Below, piece after piece: positions 1 to 12,765 of a stretch of 64,000 nucleotides of DNA; positions within the stretch are counted from its first letter, which is position 1; every line of letters starts with the position of its first letter. Under the pieces are notes generated by a model, which saw only the letters and a list, made by a program, of their open reading frames with translations, was not told where the DNA came from and searched no databases. The translations under genes and the position numbers were made by a program. The stretch lies in contig JAHLWZ010000814.1 in the NCBI GenBank assembly GCA_020536535.1, positions 53,789 to 117,788 of the forward strand, read 5' to 3'. This DNA comes from Pelomyxa schiedti (Eukaryota > Protista > Evosea).

Positions 1-273
1 TTCCGCTTCTGCAACCCCTACCGTGTCAGTAGCATTGGATCCAAGGATAGAGCAGGTACAACAACGCCACACAGAGCTTGTGATCCTGGCTCTTCAAGTA
101 CTCCTTTTCTTTCCCTTACTTGACAAACCCCTTCCTCCTCCCCAATTTAACCCACACCCAAGGGCTGGATAGAAAGGTCATATGCCAAGCAAAAGCACAC
201 CGCGGCGGTGGATTTCAGGGCTTCTTTCCACCACGACGTACCCGTTGGACCCTGCGAGGGGAAGATGTTGTAA
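1..273 (+). CDS. 3' end of a hypothetical protein (partial, 2 exons visible)
   Basis: Frame SASATPTVSVALDPRIEQVQQRHTELVILALQ, intron 98-162 (GTACTC...CAAG), then GWIERSYAKQKHTAAVDFRASFHHDVPVGPCEGKML and TAA at 271-273. No family recognised. Confidence 0.4.
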
Positions 274-651
274 AAAAAAAAAGAACCACCCCCAACAGGC
301 TCCCCAATACAACCAACCACCTCTGCCTTGTGCCACCTCAACCCTAAGTTCCTGTGCCACACTACAAAGCATTCCTTTGTGTAATAATTTCTCTTGTTTT
401 TTTTCTCTTTGTTTTTGTTTTGGGTCTGTTTCACTGCAGTGCGAGATTTTGATGTACTGCTTTTATCTGAATTCAAGATTAGGAAATCCATTACAAAAAG
501 TGTGTAACTTTCCTTCACAATCACAATCGGCCTGGTGCACCAAAATTACAACCACAGCGGGCTTTTAAATCGTCTTGGAGTTTTGGCCAAAAGAAGAAAA
601 AACCCAGGCAGTAGAGGCGTTGCTGATCTCCCACCATAAAAGAAATAAAAA

Positions 652-1918
652 ATGATCTCAGTGAAGACAGTGGTTGCGGCATTGTGCGTGTTGTTTGTTG
701 CTAGATCCCTTGCAGCAGGGTGTTTCGATGGATGGTGGGAAATAGGCTCATACGAAATCACTGTCAATGACCCTGTTCGGTGTGTAAGTCTGTTTTGGAG
801 CCTTTGTGCTTGTGAGAGTTATTTTTGTTCATTTGTAACTCTCGCGTAGTTGGTACAGAAGTACATTTAAGGCTGAAGTACATTACCCAAGCAACGCTGG
901 ATCATGCACTTTCCCCATGGTTGTTTTCAGCCATTCCTACATGCTGGGTGCTGGGTATTTCTTTAGAACTTTGGAGCTATCTCCATATCCTTGTATCACT
1001 AATTTCCTGAGCACAGGTGTTACGACTATCTATGGACAACCCTGGTTCCCTTGGGGTTTGTATTTGTCGATATGGACGATTTGGCGTATGACCCTCTTGG
1101 TATCTGCATTGTGTCCACATGTTTGCATAACTAATTCCCTCTCAGAGGAACCAATTGAGGCAGGCAAGGATATGGCTGCCACTCGCAATAGGCTCCTTAG
1201 TGACAACGTCGATGACCCATCAAGCCCCGTCTATGGAAAGTTGAACGGCATTGTTGGAGCCATGGGCCACTCATTTGGAGCTGCTGCGTCCATTGTTGCC
1301 ACCTCCAGCCCAAATGTTCTCGCAGAGTACAATGCTACGTGGGATATGGTTCTCCCAATGGCTCCTCCCGATTTCACTGATGTTGTTGACGACTCGATTG
1401 TTACCATCCCAGCCCTTATGATGGGTGCTACGAAAGACTGCATATGCCCTCCCGATACTAACGTGTGCGTATTCATATTTCCAACAGTGGAAAAAATTCC
1501 CGAATATTTTTCTTTTTTTTTTGACATTTCACAGAGACCGTGTCTTCAGCCGGTCAACATCGACTTGCAGGACCCTGATTGACATTGTGAATGGTACTCA
1601 CTGCAAGTTCTGTGATTTGGCACCTGTCTTTGAAGATGTAAGACTCTAACTGTTGGGTACATTCGCGAGAGTAACCATACTAAGGCCTGCATTGCTGTTG
1701 AAGATGTACCTCTCACCTGTGGTTCCGTCTTCTTCAGTGACACGATTGATATAGAAATTCAGCACGATCTAGTTTTACGGTACACAGTGCCATGGCTTCA
1801 GTACATACTACAAGGAAACTTGGAGGCTGCCAAGACTCTCTCCAGTGCAGTAGGAGCTGACACTGGCAGTGGCGCTATTGTCTCTCAACATAGCACACCC
1901 GCCTGCCCTGGCTTTTAA
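652..1918 (+). CDS. Secreted alpha/beta hydrolase, chlorophyllase/cutinase (dienelactone-hydrolase-like) family
   Basis: Signal peptide MISVKTVVAALCVLFVARSLAA; FPMVVFSHSYMLG; nucleophile elbow GAMGHSFG (Ser 1271-1273); TIPALMMGATKD (Asp 1436-1438); IVNGTHC (His 1599-1601); C-terminal RYTVPWLQYILQGN; several short introns; TAA 1916-1918. Confidence 0.85.
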
Positions 1919-1988
1919 GTGAGCACGGGTGCCTCCTTGAGACTTTGTATTTTGAAAGCATAAATGAACATTGCCCATTCATTGGCAT

Positions 1989-3165
1989 TTAGAGTGAAGA
2001 ACAATATTTTATAGTCCACGGGCAGTTGCACATGCATAGCCCACAAATGCTGTGCCCAAACTTCTCCCTCATAGAACCACAGCTAGTAAAGCAGTGTCAG
2101 TGTTAATTGATTAGAAATGAAAGAAAACGAAAAATGCAATTCCACACAACATACTGTGCAGCACAGGCCTCTACATCTAATAGGTCCTCACGTGATGTTG
2201 TTTCTTGTCCTCGCCATTCAGTCCCTTTCAGTACTCTGGGAGGGCATGCATTGAAGCAAGCTTGACAGGAACCACACCGGGATGCCAATACCTGTGTTTG
2301 AGGAGATGGTGGTGCCATATCACACAGAATGGTGACCAACCTGTGAGAATTAGGTGGACAGAACGGCAAAGAACCAGCGAGAACGGGAGTCCTTCCTACC
2401 TGATGGCGCTTCCAAAGTTCTCGTTGACAAGGAGGCAGGATTTTCCTATCCAGCCTAGTCCAGATAGTGATGCAATGGTTTTGTGAGGTAGTTCAGTGCC
2501 AATTGACCCACCAGGTCCCTAAAAGTACTTGACTTTGAGGGTGCTGACATCATTTGCATAAAATCACATACATTTCGAGGTAAGCTTTGGCTACCCATCA
2601 AAGTGGGTGGTACAGGTACACTGTCAGGGGCAACGATTAGCGAATTAATAAGACTGATTTAAGGCTCAATATGCATAAGACAAGCAACCAGTTGGATGTA
2701 GCAAACAAAAAAAAAAACACAAAAACACAAACAAACATGGCATTATGGCCCATGCGTCGAATTTCTTCAGTGCACAATTGAGATAGAGCACTCAATACAG
2801 TGTTGGCACGCTCGTACTCGTTTTTGTATTCCATAGAGGGTGCCCCTGACGTCCTAACACCATCCACAATCCGTTTATCCAATCCAACTGCAATACTAGT
2901 GGTTTCACGTAGTTAGAGACACAAGAAGAAAAAACAGGTTATAATTTTGGTGGGTTTTATTCCATGTATTAATAACGGTACATTTGCATTGTTAATCTTC
3001 ACTTGTTGTGCTACATAGGGCGAATTTGAAAAAAAAGTGCCTTATTCCTACAGGCATATTTCGCCTGACATCTGAAGGTATTGCCGTGTGCGTGAGATCT
3101 GCAGCTCCCACAAGTCCAGCCCCGTGCCGTTTTAGCGTCTCAAACAACGCTGCGTACTTGTCCAT
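1989..3165 (-). CDS. QueG (epoxyqueuosine reductase)/reductive dehalogenase-like 4Fe-4S double-cluster protein
   Basis: Spliced product MDKYAALFETLKRHGAGLVGAADL...GISIAVGLD...EYERANTVL...[36 protein letters not shown]...CGSCQACFNACP...ICGLCMCNCPWTIKY; five introns, the first GC-AG. Confidence 0.85.
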
Positions 3166-3230
3166 CAGGTGACTGTTTATCGAAATTGTGATTGAATTTC
3201 ATTGATGAGAAACAAGTGAACATCGAGTCG

Positions 3231-6200
3231 ATGTCATTTCAAGATCGATTTGCTTCTAGAAGCTGGGTGACAACTTGGGAAACTTGCCCTGGTTCTGTCT
3301 GGCCCACTTTTCTGTACGACCATTTAAGAGTGAGAGAAAAAGACCAAAGCAACATAAAAAAAACCCAAAAAAGCAACACGATGAAGGGCCACATTCCCTC
3401 CACACAAACCGACCCGCAGTCTCAACAGCCACAGCAACAAGAACGAAACCAAGCAAGTTATGGGACCCCTCCTCCAGCAACTGCGACGGTGGCGACATCT
3501 GCAACTACTTCAACAAGGGCCGATTCCCTTGGTCCTACTTTTGCTGCTCCGATTCCCGTTTCCGGAGTGGGTGCTGCTTCTTGTTCGTCGACGAGCCTGG
3601 GTTATGGGAACCAAAGGGACACGTCCACTGCAGCCTATTCCAAAGTTACTGTGAAAGTCATTTTTGATAGCAACTCTGGGAGGCCTTCCCCATCAAGAGT
3701 TGTCAGGGAGCTTAATGCCAATTTTGCCTCTACATTTGGCTCTGGAGTAGTTTCGTCGTGCTCAGATAGGTATTCTGGTTGGAGCTATCCTATTACTTTT
3801 GCAAATCCTGAAATTGCAAGGCACTTGTTGGGTCTAAGCTGGTAGTGTCTAGCCAAACTTTTTTTTTTTTTTTTGTTTTTCTAACACTCGAATAGCATTA
3901 CAATTCAGGGAGTTAGAGCACAAATCCGCAAGTATCGCTTAAAGTCTCCCTATGACCAAGAAATGGAAGCTATTTTGGCACCACATAATATTCGAAAAGA
4001 CATCACCATCTCAATAAAACATGGGAGCAGTGCAACTCTCATAAATACTTCTGTTATGTACACTCTGAAAATTACCAATGATGGCTCTAGACCTTTTGAC
4101 GTGTATTATGTGAGGTTGGTTCACCCTATGTTTTTTTTTAGGTTTATCTCAACGTCCTGTTAGGAGACTGGGAAGTGGAAACTTCTATCTTCACAAACCC
4201 CGTACAGGCATAATAGCTCGTTGGTATCCCGTTTCAGTGATTGCATTAACACTCCATAGAAACAATTCTGCCCGAGAAATCAAAAATTGTGAATGTAGAG
4301 TTTAAATCGGCAAAAAAAGGGGTTTGTTTCGCCATTGAAGCCTAATTGCTTACATTACAAGACTTTCACAGCTGTGTTTATTTTTGATACTTCTATTGGC
4401 AGTGCGGCTACTACAATGTTCTGTGTTGCTAGCAAGCTCAAACCTCCCTGCCAGAAGGCCCCCACTACAGTAGAGTAAGTAGCATACTCTAATTCCGCCA
4501 TTCTTACTTCTCAACCAGTGCTCCTAAAGAGGAATCTCCCAAATTTTTACGAGTTGACTTCTTCAAGAATGTAGCTGAGGCCAAATCAAGCCATATCCAC
4601 AACAAGTACTTGCCATATGAGTGGTCTTTCCAGGTACAATACCTTTCCTATCTGAGTTGTGTAATTGAGAAATAGCCCCCAGAATATGAGCTTCCATCTG
4701 AGTTTTCTCTTGAAGAACTAAGCCAAAAAATACCTCCACGTGCAGTCAATCCGTGGGCTCAAAGGCAACTGCACAAAAACCGACTTCATGATTTGTTATG
4801 GATCGAAGAGGCACAATCTCTTCATGACCTTGAGCAATATAGCATACTCAAGGCATCACTCGGTAATTGTTTGACTCAAGATGGAAAGCAAGGTTATTCT
4901 GTCACGGTGTGTATGTAAACGGGGAAGTGTCACGTAAGTTACTTGAAACTTCAAGGTGCCCGGCATTGCAGAGAGTAGGCCGTCTGTTCAATTCAATGAT
5001 GAAATCTATGCCTCCAACGCTCAGGAGAGGGTGGAATACCAGGGATATGTTGTTGGAATTAAAAATCAAGAAGTGATCATGCAATTCAGTGACATATTTG
5101 TAAACAAGTAAGCAATTTCTTTCCTCTCTTCTGTTCGCCTGAGAAATGTAGCTTTCAGCCAAGCAAGAAATATGATATCCGTTTTTCTTTTGATCGGATG
5201 TCTATGCGAATCCTCCATTGGGCTGTTGACAACACATCATTAGATCAGATTTGGCCCAATATCTTGTCTATTGAGGAACCAAGTGCCCCAACAGTGCTAA
5301 ATGGGCTTAGCACCCAGTTTACTTTTGATAGGGAGCAAATGATGTTTATCCAGAATTGCTTTAAAAGGTGGGCAATTTTAGTTTGTTTTCAATATGTTCA
5401 TCGAGCTTTTGTTCAGATCCTCCAACAATACTCCTCAAGTTGTGTCTGGGCCTTTTGGAAGTGGTAGTTATTCTCACTCACACTTCCCCTTTCACAGCTC
5501 ACTTCTGAAAAGGGAAGACAGCAACTTTAGTGGAAATCATCAAATTGTTATTACTTTCCAGTAACAATAAAATACTTGTTGCCACCCCTACTAATAGGTG
5601 ATAACCCACTCTGTTTTCCATTGTCATTCTCAATTACTTTCAGTGCAGCGGACAGCTTTGTTCTTTCCCTGTCAAAAATATTACCCCTGGACTACCTTAA
5701 AGTGAATTTACTACGTCTGGTTTACTTCCGCAGGTGAAGGGATATCTTGGGAAGACCTAACTAAAGTCTCAAAAATTTTTTTTTGCCCTTTTGATGAAGG
5801 CATCGATCCACTGTACCATCATTTGTCCTGCCCTTCACAATATATGACGACAAGCTGGACATGTTTTCGCTTCCACCCCTGTCCAAACTGCTGCAGTACA
5901 AGATAATCATTACCACAAGGTAACACTCAACAAAGCACTTCAAGTTTCATCCAACCCTTCGGCAAAGTCTCACTGCTGCGTATCTTGCCTTTGCTGGAGT
6001 CGGAAAAGATTTTTTTACTCACATCATTCTTGATGAGGCTGCTCAAATGTCAGAACCTGATGCGCTTGTAGCACTCAGTTTAGCAACATCTTCAACACGT
6101 GTATTCCTTTCTGGTGATGCCAAACAACTTTCATCACGTGTGAGATCTCGGACGGCCAGAAAAATGGGTCTTCAAACATCTCTTCTGGTTGAATACTTGT

Positions 6201-8941
6201 GATTTTCTCCCAAACTTACCTCACACAGGAAAGAATACTTGCTCTAGACGCATATATGTCTGATACTCAATTTCAGACCCATGTTCAGGTTTCTGTTGCC
6301 CTTTCTAGTCCGTATTTTTCTTAAGGATGATTAAACCAATCATTTAGTTGTACTCGAATTATAGGAGCCATCCTGGGATCGTCCAACTCTGTTCTGAAAT
6401 ATTTTATGGCGGAACTATAAAACCTATTAATCGTGTCGAAAACCCCAAATATAATGTACTTCCCGATGTACATTTAGTTACAGGACTTATGTGGGTGATC
6501 GGGGATTTGGGGAAAACAGTGGTTAATATCCTGGAAACCGTTTTTGAGCAAGCCAAGCAACCCAGTCGCTTTCGTTGCGAGCCACGCCCCCGAGCAAAGT
6601 GATCCTGACTCCCCCTCGTTTTTTAATGCTGGAGAAGCTCAATTGGTTGTACCTTTTTCCAAAGTTGTGCTTTTGCCAATTCTGAGGGCAGATTTGTTCT
6701 TTGATCCAAGAAGTATTATCAAAATCTTCAGACCTTGCACCAGATCCATCAGATATTGCAGTCGTCTGCCCTTTCCAACTTCAAAAGAAGAAAGTGCGTG
6801 AAGTGCTGAGGGCAGCTTCTCTAAGGCAAGAAAATACATTAACTCATAGTCTTAATTTGCTTTAGTCGTGTAAGTGTTCTGGGTGTTGATGAAATACAAG
6901 GGCAGGAGAAGAAAATCATTTTCGTGAGCTGTGTGCGCAGTGAGCCCTCGAATGTAAAGAAATATGACCAAAAGTAAGTTCTATCATCAGGCCTTTACTT
7001 TTTACTCACATGACTGAAGATTTGATGTGGGATTCATCAACAATCCCAAGAGAGTGAACACGACGTTTTCACGAGCAAAAGGTTTGAAAATTACTCTTGC
7101 CCGCGGTATGTGACCATTTTTTCCAGACTGCCTTGTAATTGTTGGAAATCCAAATGCACTCTGTTGTGACAATTTGTGGAAGACTATCATTGGTTGGTGC
7201 AAAGAAAACGCCAACTACAAGGAAGTTCCAAAACCATCGAGTATCACTTGTCCTGCACTGCATGCTGACATAGAAATACCAATAATATCAAAACTTTCCC
7301 CAAATCCAGAGATGGATTTTGAAGAAATGAACACTCAAACTACACCGCTTCAGAGTGTGCACCAGGTCATGGTTAAGTTGTCCAATAACTCACTGACTGA
7401 CGCTCCCAGCAGGTATGTGAGGACTTCTGGAAGGAACCAATTCAGTCGTGTCAACTTGACTTGAGCACTCTTTCCAACACCTGGGCAGAAGTCAAAATTA
7501 ACGAACCCGAATTCGTTTCCTGTGTGTTGGGTCATTTCCCTTCTAAGTTTCCTGATTTTCCCTCGATAGTGGCTCACTTTGGTGACAGCTGGCATCCTTA
7601 CACTCTTATGCGATCCCTGCCAGGGGCTCCCCTACCTCCTGAAACCCATTTTGAGAGAGGGAATTTCTTCAACATGTTCATTTTTTTCCCCGTCATCTAC
7701 CTTGAGTATTTGCCTTCTGCCTTTTTCACCAAATAACTTTCCTTTCTCAGAGTCAAGAGGACATTAGTAGATACGTTATATTTATGTGTCAACAAGTCTT
7801 TCCAAATGGAGCTAAGATTACCTCCAAAATATGTATCTCAACATTCTACAAGAGATAGTCTCAATTTCCCTAGGATGTGAACACCTGCTGTCTGAATGTT
7901 TCTAGGCCACCTTTTGCCTTGTCAGATATTATCTTCATCTCAGCAAAGGAAAGAATGATGTTTGCCTATCCACAAAGGACACCACCTCCTCAACTAAATT
8001 CTAGTCATAACCTTTATTCGCAAGAAAGAGCCAACACCTGCGCCACAGCCCCTTCGCATCTGCCAGCACAACCTCAAGTCCAAACACAACAGCCAGCTCA
8101 CCCGCTTCCAGTATCGCCTAAACCTCAATCTGAGGCCCCAGCACCAGAACGGGATACAAGGTCAGAACCTCAGCCAGTACCCAAGCCCCTTGAGAAAAAC
8201 AAAACGCAGCCACAGTCAGTAAAGTCCAAAACAAAGTCCAAAAGTTCCCCTAAACGCACAACCAAACAACCCCCAAGTAGCACAGAGCCAAATCTTTCAC
8301 AAAATCAACTCAAATCCGAATCCCAACTACCTCCATCGCAAACAACAAGTTCCTCTACAACAAGGTCTAAAAGAAAGCCCAAGTCCAAGTCAAAGCCAGA
8401 ACCTAAGCCTAAGGTTGAGGCCAACAAAACTCCCACACAACCAATTCCCCAGACACAAATCCCCAATCAGCAACAGCAACAGCAACAGCAACAAAACCAA
8501 AAGCAACACACAATAATCATTACTCGCAAAAAAGAAATGCTTCCTCCTGCTCCTCCCAAAACAACTGTGGCTCAGACCAAAACCAATCTCAAACAAAAAC
8601 AAAAAGTTCAATCACAGCCCGCCACACCTGCATCCAATGCGAACACTACAAAAGCCACAACCACCAAAGCAGGAACACCAACAATACTAAAGTCAAAAGC
8701 AAACACCAACACCAACACCAACACCAAAACCAAAACCAAAACCAAAAACAAAACCACAACAACAACCACAGCAACAACAGCACCCTCACTAAAGCCCCAG
8801 GCAAAACTGCATGTTCCTAGTTTGGGTGCTTCTCAATTATCACCATCATCCACAGCAAAACCAGTAGAAGTTCACGCTCAAGCAACAGCCAAACCCAACA
8901 CTCCACAACAAACTAGCACAAAACGCCAGCACAAATCCTGA
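3231..8941 (+). CDS. MOV10: MOV10/SDE3/Armitage-like SF1 (UPF1-family) RNA helicase with long P/Q/T/K-rich C-terminal tail
   Basis: LHDLLWIEE, VPGIAESRPSV, Walker A SGPFGSGKTATLVEII, ILDEAAQ, GDAKQL, NYRSHPGIV, FFNAGEA, VDEIQGQEKKIIFVSCVRS, GFINNPKRVNTTFSRAK, VGNPNAL. Joining of the 7877-8941 tail is inferred; it could be a separate gene or continue past the gap. Confidence 0.82.
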
Positions 8942-9048
8942 ACAACAGGCCACTGGCCCAGAAATATGTGAAATTCAAGTTTTTTTTCAAGCGAAAACGC
9001 AGTGTGTTTCTTATCAGTCCCACAATTGGAAACGGCAGAAAGAAACCT

Positions 9049-9148
9049 NNNNNNNNNNNNNNNNNNNNNNNNNNNNNNNNNNNNNNNNNNNNNNNNNNNN
9101 NNNNNNNNNNNNNNNNNNNNNNNNNNNNNNNNNNNNNNNNNNNNNNNN
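9049..9148. other. Assembly gap (100 N) flanked by a 121-bp exact duplication
   Basis: 8928-9048 is repeated verbatim at 9149-9269, typical of overlapping contig ends. Confidence 0.95.
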
Positions 9149-9645
9149 AGCACAAATCCTGAACAACAGGCCACTGGCCCAGAAATATGTGAAATTCAAG
9201 TTTTTTTTCAAGCGAAAACGCAGTGTGTTTCTTATCAGTCCCACAATTGGAAACGGCAGAAAGAAACCTTTCCTGCCTCGAGGCAGCATGGGTAAGTTAT
9301 TAGTATGCAGTCGATCCGTTGCACTCAATTCTTCTACACCAACACATTCCAACTCCTGGAGTCTCACCCACTCCATGCTCGAGATGGAGCCGAGCTGCAC
9401 TGTCTTCCAGTGACATCACTCGAGATTTGGCATTGCAACTGCGCAGCTCCGTTTCCTAAGGGAAGGAACTCTCAGAATCTGTAATCGACTCAGATCTAAC
9501 CAAACCTATTCCGGCATTAGTTTTAAGGAAACAAAAAAATTGCACATACATCGGCTTGTCGGTGTGTCGGTCGTCGTCAGCAACCGCGTCGGTTTTTTAA
9601 AGACTACCTTTGGAAAGAAGAAACGTGCTTTCTGTTACAATTACA

Positions 9646-12621
9646 ATGCAGACTGACTTGAACGTTGACATCAACCACGATTGGATTGACGAAGCATCGT
9701 CAGGTACATTTGGAGAACCGTTTGCGTTGTGTTACGCTTGAAAAAACCCACTATCGTTTGCTAATTCGATGCGCGATACGATGATCTGGATGTCTTAACA
9801 CTGCCGAATAGATACCGCAACAAAAAAGGGAGCCCCACAAAACACGGGACCTGCACCGAAATCTACTGCGTGGTCTACAGCTCCGCCCAAATCAACACCC
9901 TCTGGTTTGCATATGCCCTTGTTTACTTGAAATCGTGGATTTTTGCAGTAATGGGTTTTTTTTTTTTTTTCTTTGCAGGTTCAATTGACAAAGAAAGTTA
10001 CCCTGCCTTAGGACAGAAAACCAAGGTATTTTTTTGTTCTCCTTATGTAGCTCTTATTTTGTTTCAAGCCAAAAAAAGGAGCTGAACCTGCCAAGCCGTA
10101 ATTCCTTTTCACAAATATCTCTCCACTTAGCAATTATAGGCCTGCTCCAAAAGCTCCAGAGACCTACCGCCCACCTGCATCTAACACATATGCAAATAGA
10201 TCAGATGATAGGTTGATACCTTTCCTTTTCCCCAAAAAGAGTATAACAATCTTTGCAGAGACTCATCCCGTGGTGGGGATTACAGGAGTGGAGGAGACTC
10301 CTATCGTGGTGGAGATTCTTACCGTGGAGGAGATTCCTATCGTGGTGGTGATTCTTATCGCGGAGGCGATTCGTATCGTGGAGGCGATTCGTATCGTGGT
10401 GGGGATTCTTACCGTGGAGAGAGGGAATCACGCCCTCAAAGAGAAAAGTATGAACGGACTTCGCTATTGCTTTTTTTGTCAACTTTTTTTAGAAATCCAA
10501 TTCCCACAGCTCCCCCCTATAAAGCCTACGTCGGAAATTTGCCCTACGATTTCGCTGATATAGATTTGGAAGATATATTTTCCCAAACTTGTAAGGTAGT
10601 GAACAAGTTGACCCACTCTTTTTTTTCTTTTCCTGACTTCGCCCAGGTTCGTGCCTCGACCTTAGTCAGACGTGATGGCCAGTCCAAGGGTTTTGGCTAC
10701 GTTGAATTTGATGATGTAGAATCCCTCCAGAAAGCATTGGAGCTTGACGGGCAGCGAATTTCAGGGCGAACGATTTCTGTCGATGTGGCTGATCCTCCCA
10801 AAAGTAAATATACTGTGACAATCCACTTTTCTCAAGGAAAAACAGGTAGAGAATATGGCCGAGGAGGCTATGGATATGGCAGAGACAGCTACGGAAGTGG
10901 AAGCCGAGATGGGTATAGCCGAGATAATTATGGTGGTGGTAGAGATGGATACCGCCGAGACTGTTATGGCAGGGAGGGTGAGCGAGATGGTTATGGCGGT
11001 GGTGGTAGAGATGGGTATGGCAGTGGTAACAGAGATGGCTATGGCAGTGGTAACAGAGATGGGTATGGCGGTGGTAACAGAGATGGCTATGGCGGTGGTG
11101 CCAGAGATGGCTATGGCGGTGGTGCCAGAGATGGCTATGGCAGTGGTAACAGAGATGGGTATGGCAGTGGTGCCAGAGATGGCTATGGTCGTGGGTCTCG
11201 TCAAGAAGAACCGTCTGGCAGGTACTTTTAACAAAATTAGCTTTAATTCACATTAAATAGGCCTAGCAATGACTGGCGAAAGTACTATCCTTTTTCCTTT
11301 GTCTCCTTTGCCAAATGTTTTTTTTTCTCCTAGTAACCGCTCCCCTGACGAGACTGAACGAGATGGTCCTAAGGCTTCTTCGCCACTTCCCCCAACAGAC
11401 CACAGTGACCTTCCTGGTTTCTTTTTCATTTGTAAATTTTCAGTTTCTCACTCAATTTTAGCAAGCCGGACACCAGATCCAGTTGAGAGGTTTGACATTT
11501 AGCTTAAGTTCTTTCAAATAATCCCACATTCCAGACCCAAATCCAACAGTGACATGAATTCCCCTTCTGCCACCCGATCTTCGGCAGATTCTTCTGCACC
11601 CGAGTCACCACAGACCAAGCGGTCTCAAGCAAGCTTATTTGGTAGTGGAAAGTGTGTACGCTTCTTCACATTTTGTGCTGCTCACTTCATCAGGCCTCGG
11701 GATGAATTTGCGCAACAGAGAAGGAGAGATGAAGAATTAAGGAGAAAAGAGGAAGAACTCCGCCGAAGAGAAGAGGAGCTAGCGCAACGAGAAAAACAAT
11801 TGTCAGTGAGGTGAACTTTCCTTGCCAGAGTCTCGTTTATCTCACAGTTTTTGTAGCTCGGTCCCTGCCACACAACACCCCTCCCCTGCACCTGTAGCAA
11901 CTCCAGTTGCCCCTCCAGCAGTAGCGCCACAGGCTACTCCATCACATTCCGCTGCTAAAGGAATTTCTCAACCCCCTACACAGAATCCCTGGAACAAGCA
12001 GTAATGTTCCCCAATACATCCTTAACTGACGTTATGTAGACACCAAGGTGAATCACCGGTATCCGAGCCAACCCCCAAACCCACTCCGGTCGTTGCGGCA
12101 GAACCGGCAGCTGCTAAGTTACCCGATTCCCCAACAGAACCCTCCCAATTCCCCCCAATCAGGTCTTGAACTTTTCTATCCTCTTTTCTCTATTTGACCC
12201 CCTTTGCAGTGGAGGCAAAAAAAAGAAACCCAAGAAGAAGGCCGCAACTCCAGCTGAAACCAAACCAGTAGATAGCCACCCCGCGCCCCAAGAGCAGCAA
12301 CCAGCTCCTGAAACAGCAAAACCTGCAGTGAAAGCACCAACCGTGGAACCCACAACTAACAGTGCTCAGCCAACCGCAACACCAACAACTGTGGTACCAA
12401 CGCCCACCGAACAAGCACCCGCGAAGGAGCCCGCACCAACCGCTAATGCAACTGCAACACCAACACCAACTCCTACCGCAGCAGTAAGCACCCCCGCTAC
12501 AGAAGTACCCAACGAGCCCCCCAAAGACAAGGCGGAAGCAACGCCCACACCCGCCTCTGCTGCACCAGCCCAAGCACAGCCACCCAAGAAGAAGGGCAAA
12601 AAGAAGGGCAAGAAGCTTTGA
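9646..12621 (+). CDS. EIF4B: Eukaryotic translation initiation factor 4B (RRM, D/R/Y/G-rich repeats, coiled coil, P/T/A-rich tail)
   Basis: RRM PPYKAYVGNLPYD...KGFGYVEFDDVESLQKALELDG...RTISVDVA; DRYG-type repeats; LFGSGKPRDEF motif; start MQTDLNVDINHDWIDEASS at 9646; end KKGKKL. 3' exon joins inferred. Confidence 0.8.
10293..10418 (+). repeat. Coding tandem repeat 7 x 18 bp (GDSYRG)
   Basis: Seven consecutive copies with synonymous variation, upstream of the eIF4B RRM. Confidence 0.95.
10983..11198 (+). repeat. Coding tandem repeat 9 x 24 bp (RDGYG[GSR]G[GNAS])
   Basis: Nine consecutive octapeptide copies downstream of the eIF4B RRM. Confidence 0.95.
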
Positions 12622-12765
12622 CACTACTATCTACGAAAAGTAGCGAAACAAAAAACCAATAGTTTTTCCTTTTTAGTTTTCTGTTCATTTGTGATCTATT
12701 GCGCAAAAGGGAACAAAAAGGCGAACGAACGAACCATCGTTGGGAGCCACGAGTTCGTGATTTGA

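Noticed and set aside
8928-9269. 121-bp exact direct repeat around an N run
   Set aside because: Identical copies flank a 100-N scaffold gap; this is contig-end overlap, not a biological repeat.
9270-9480. Possible extra exons after the gap
   Set aside because: Several open frames but no consistent splice model or motif; cannot be assigned to MOV10 or a separate gene.
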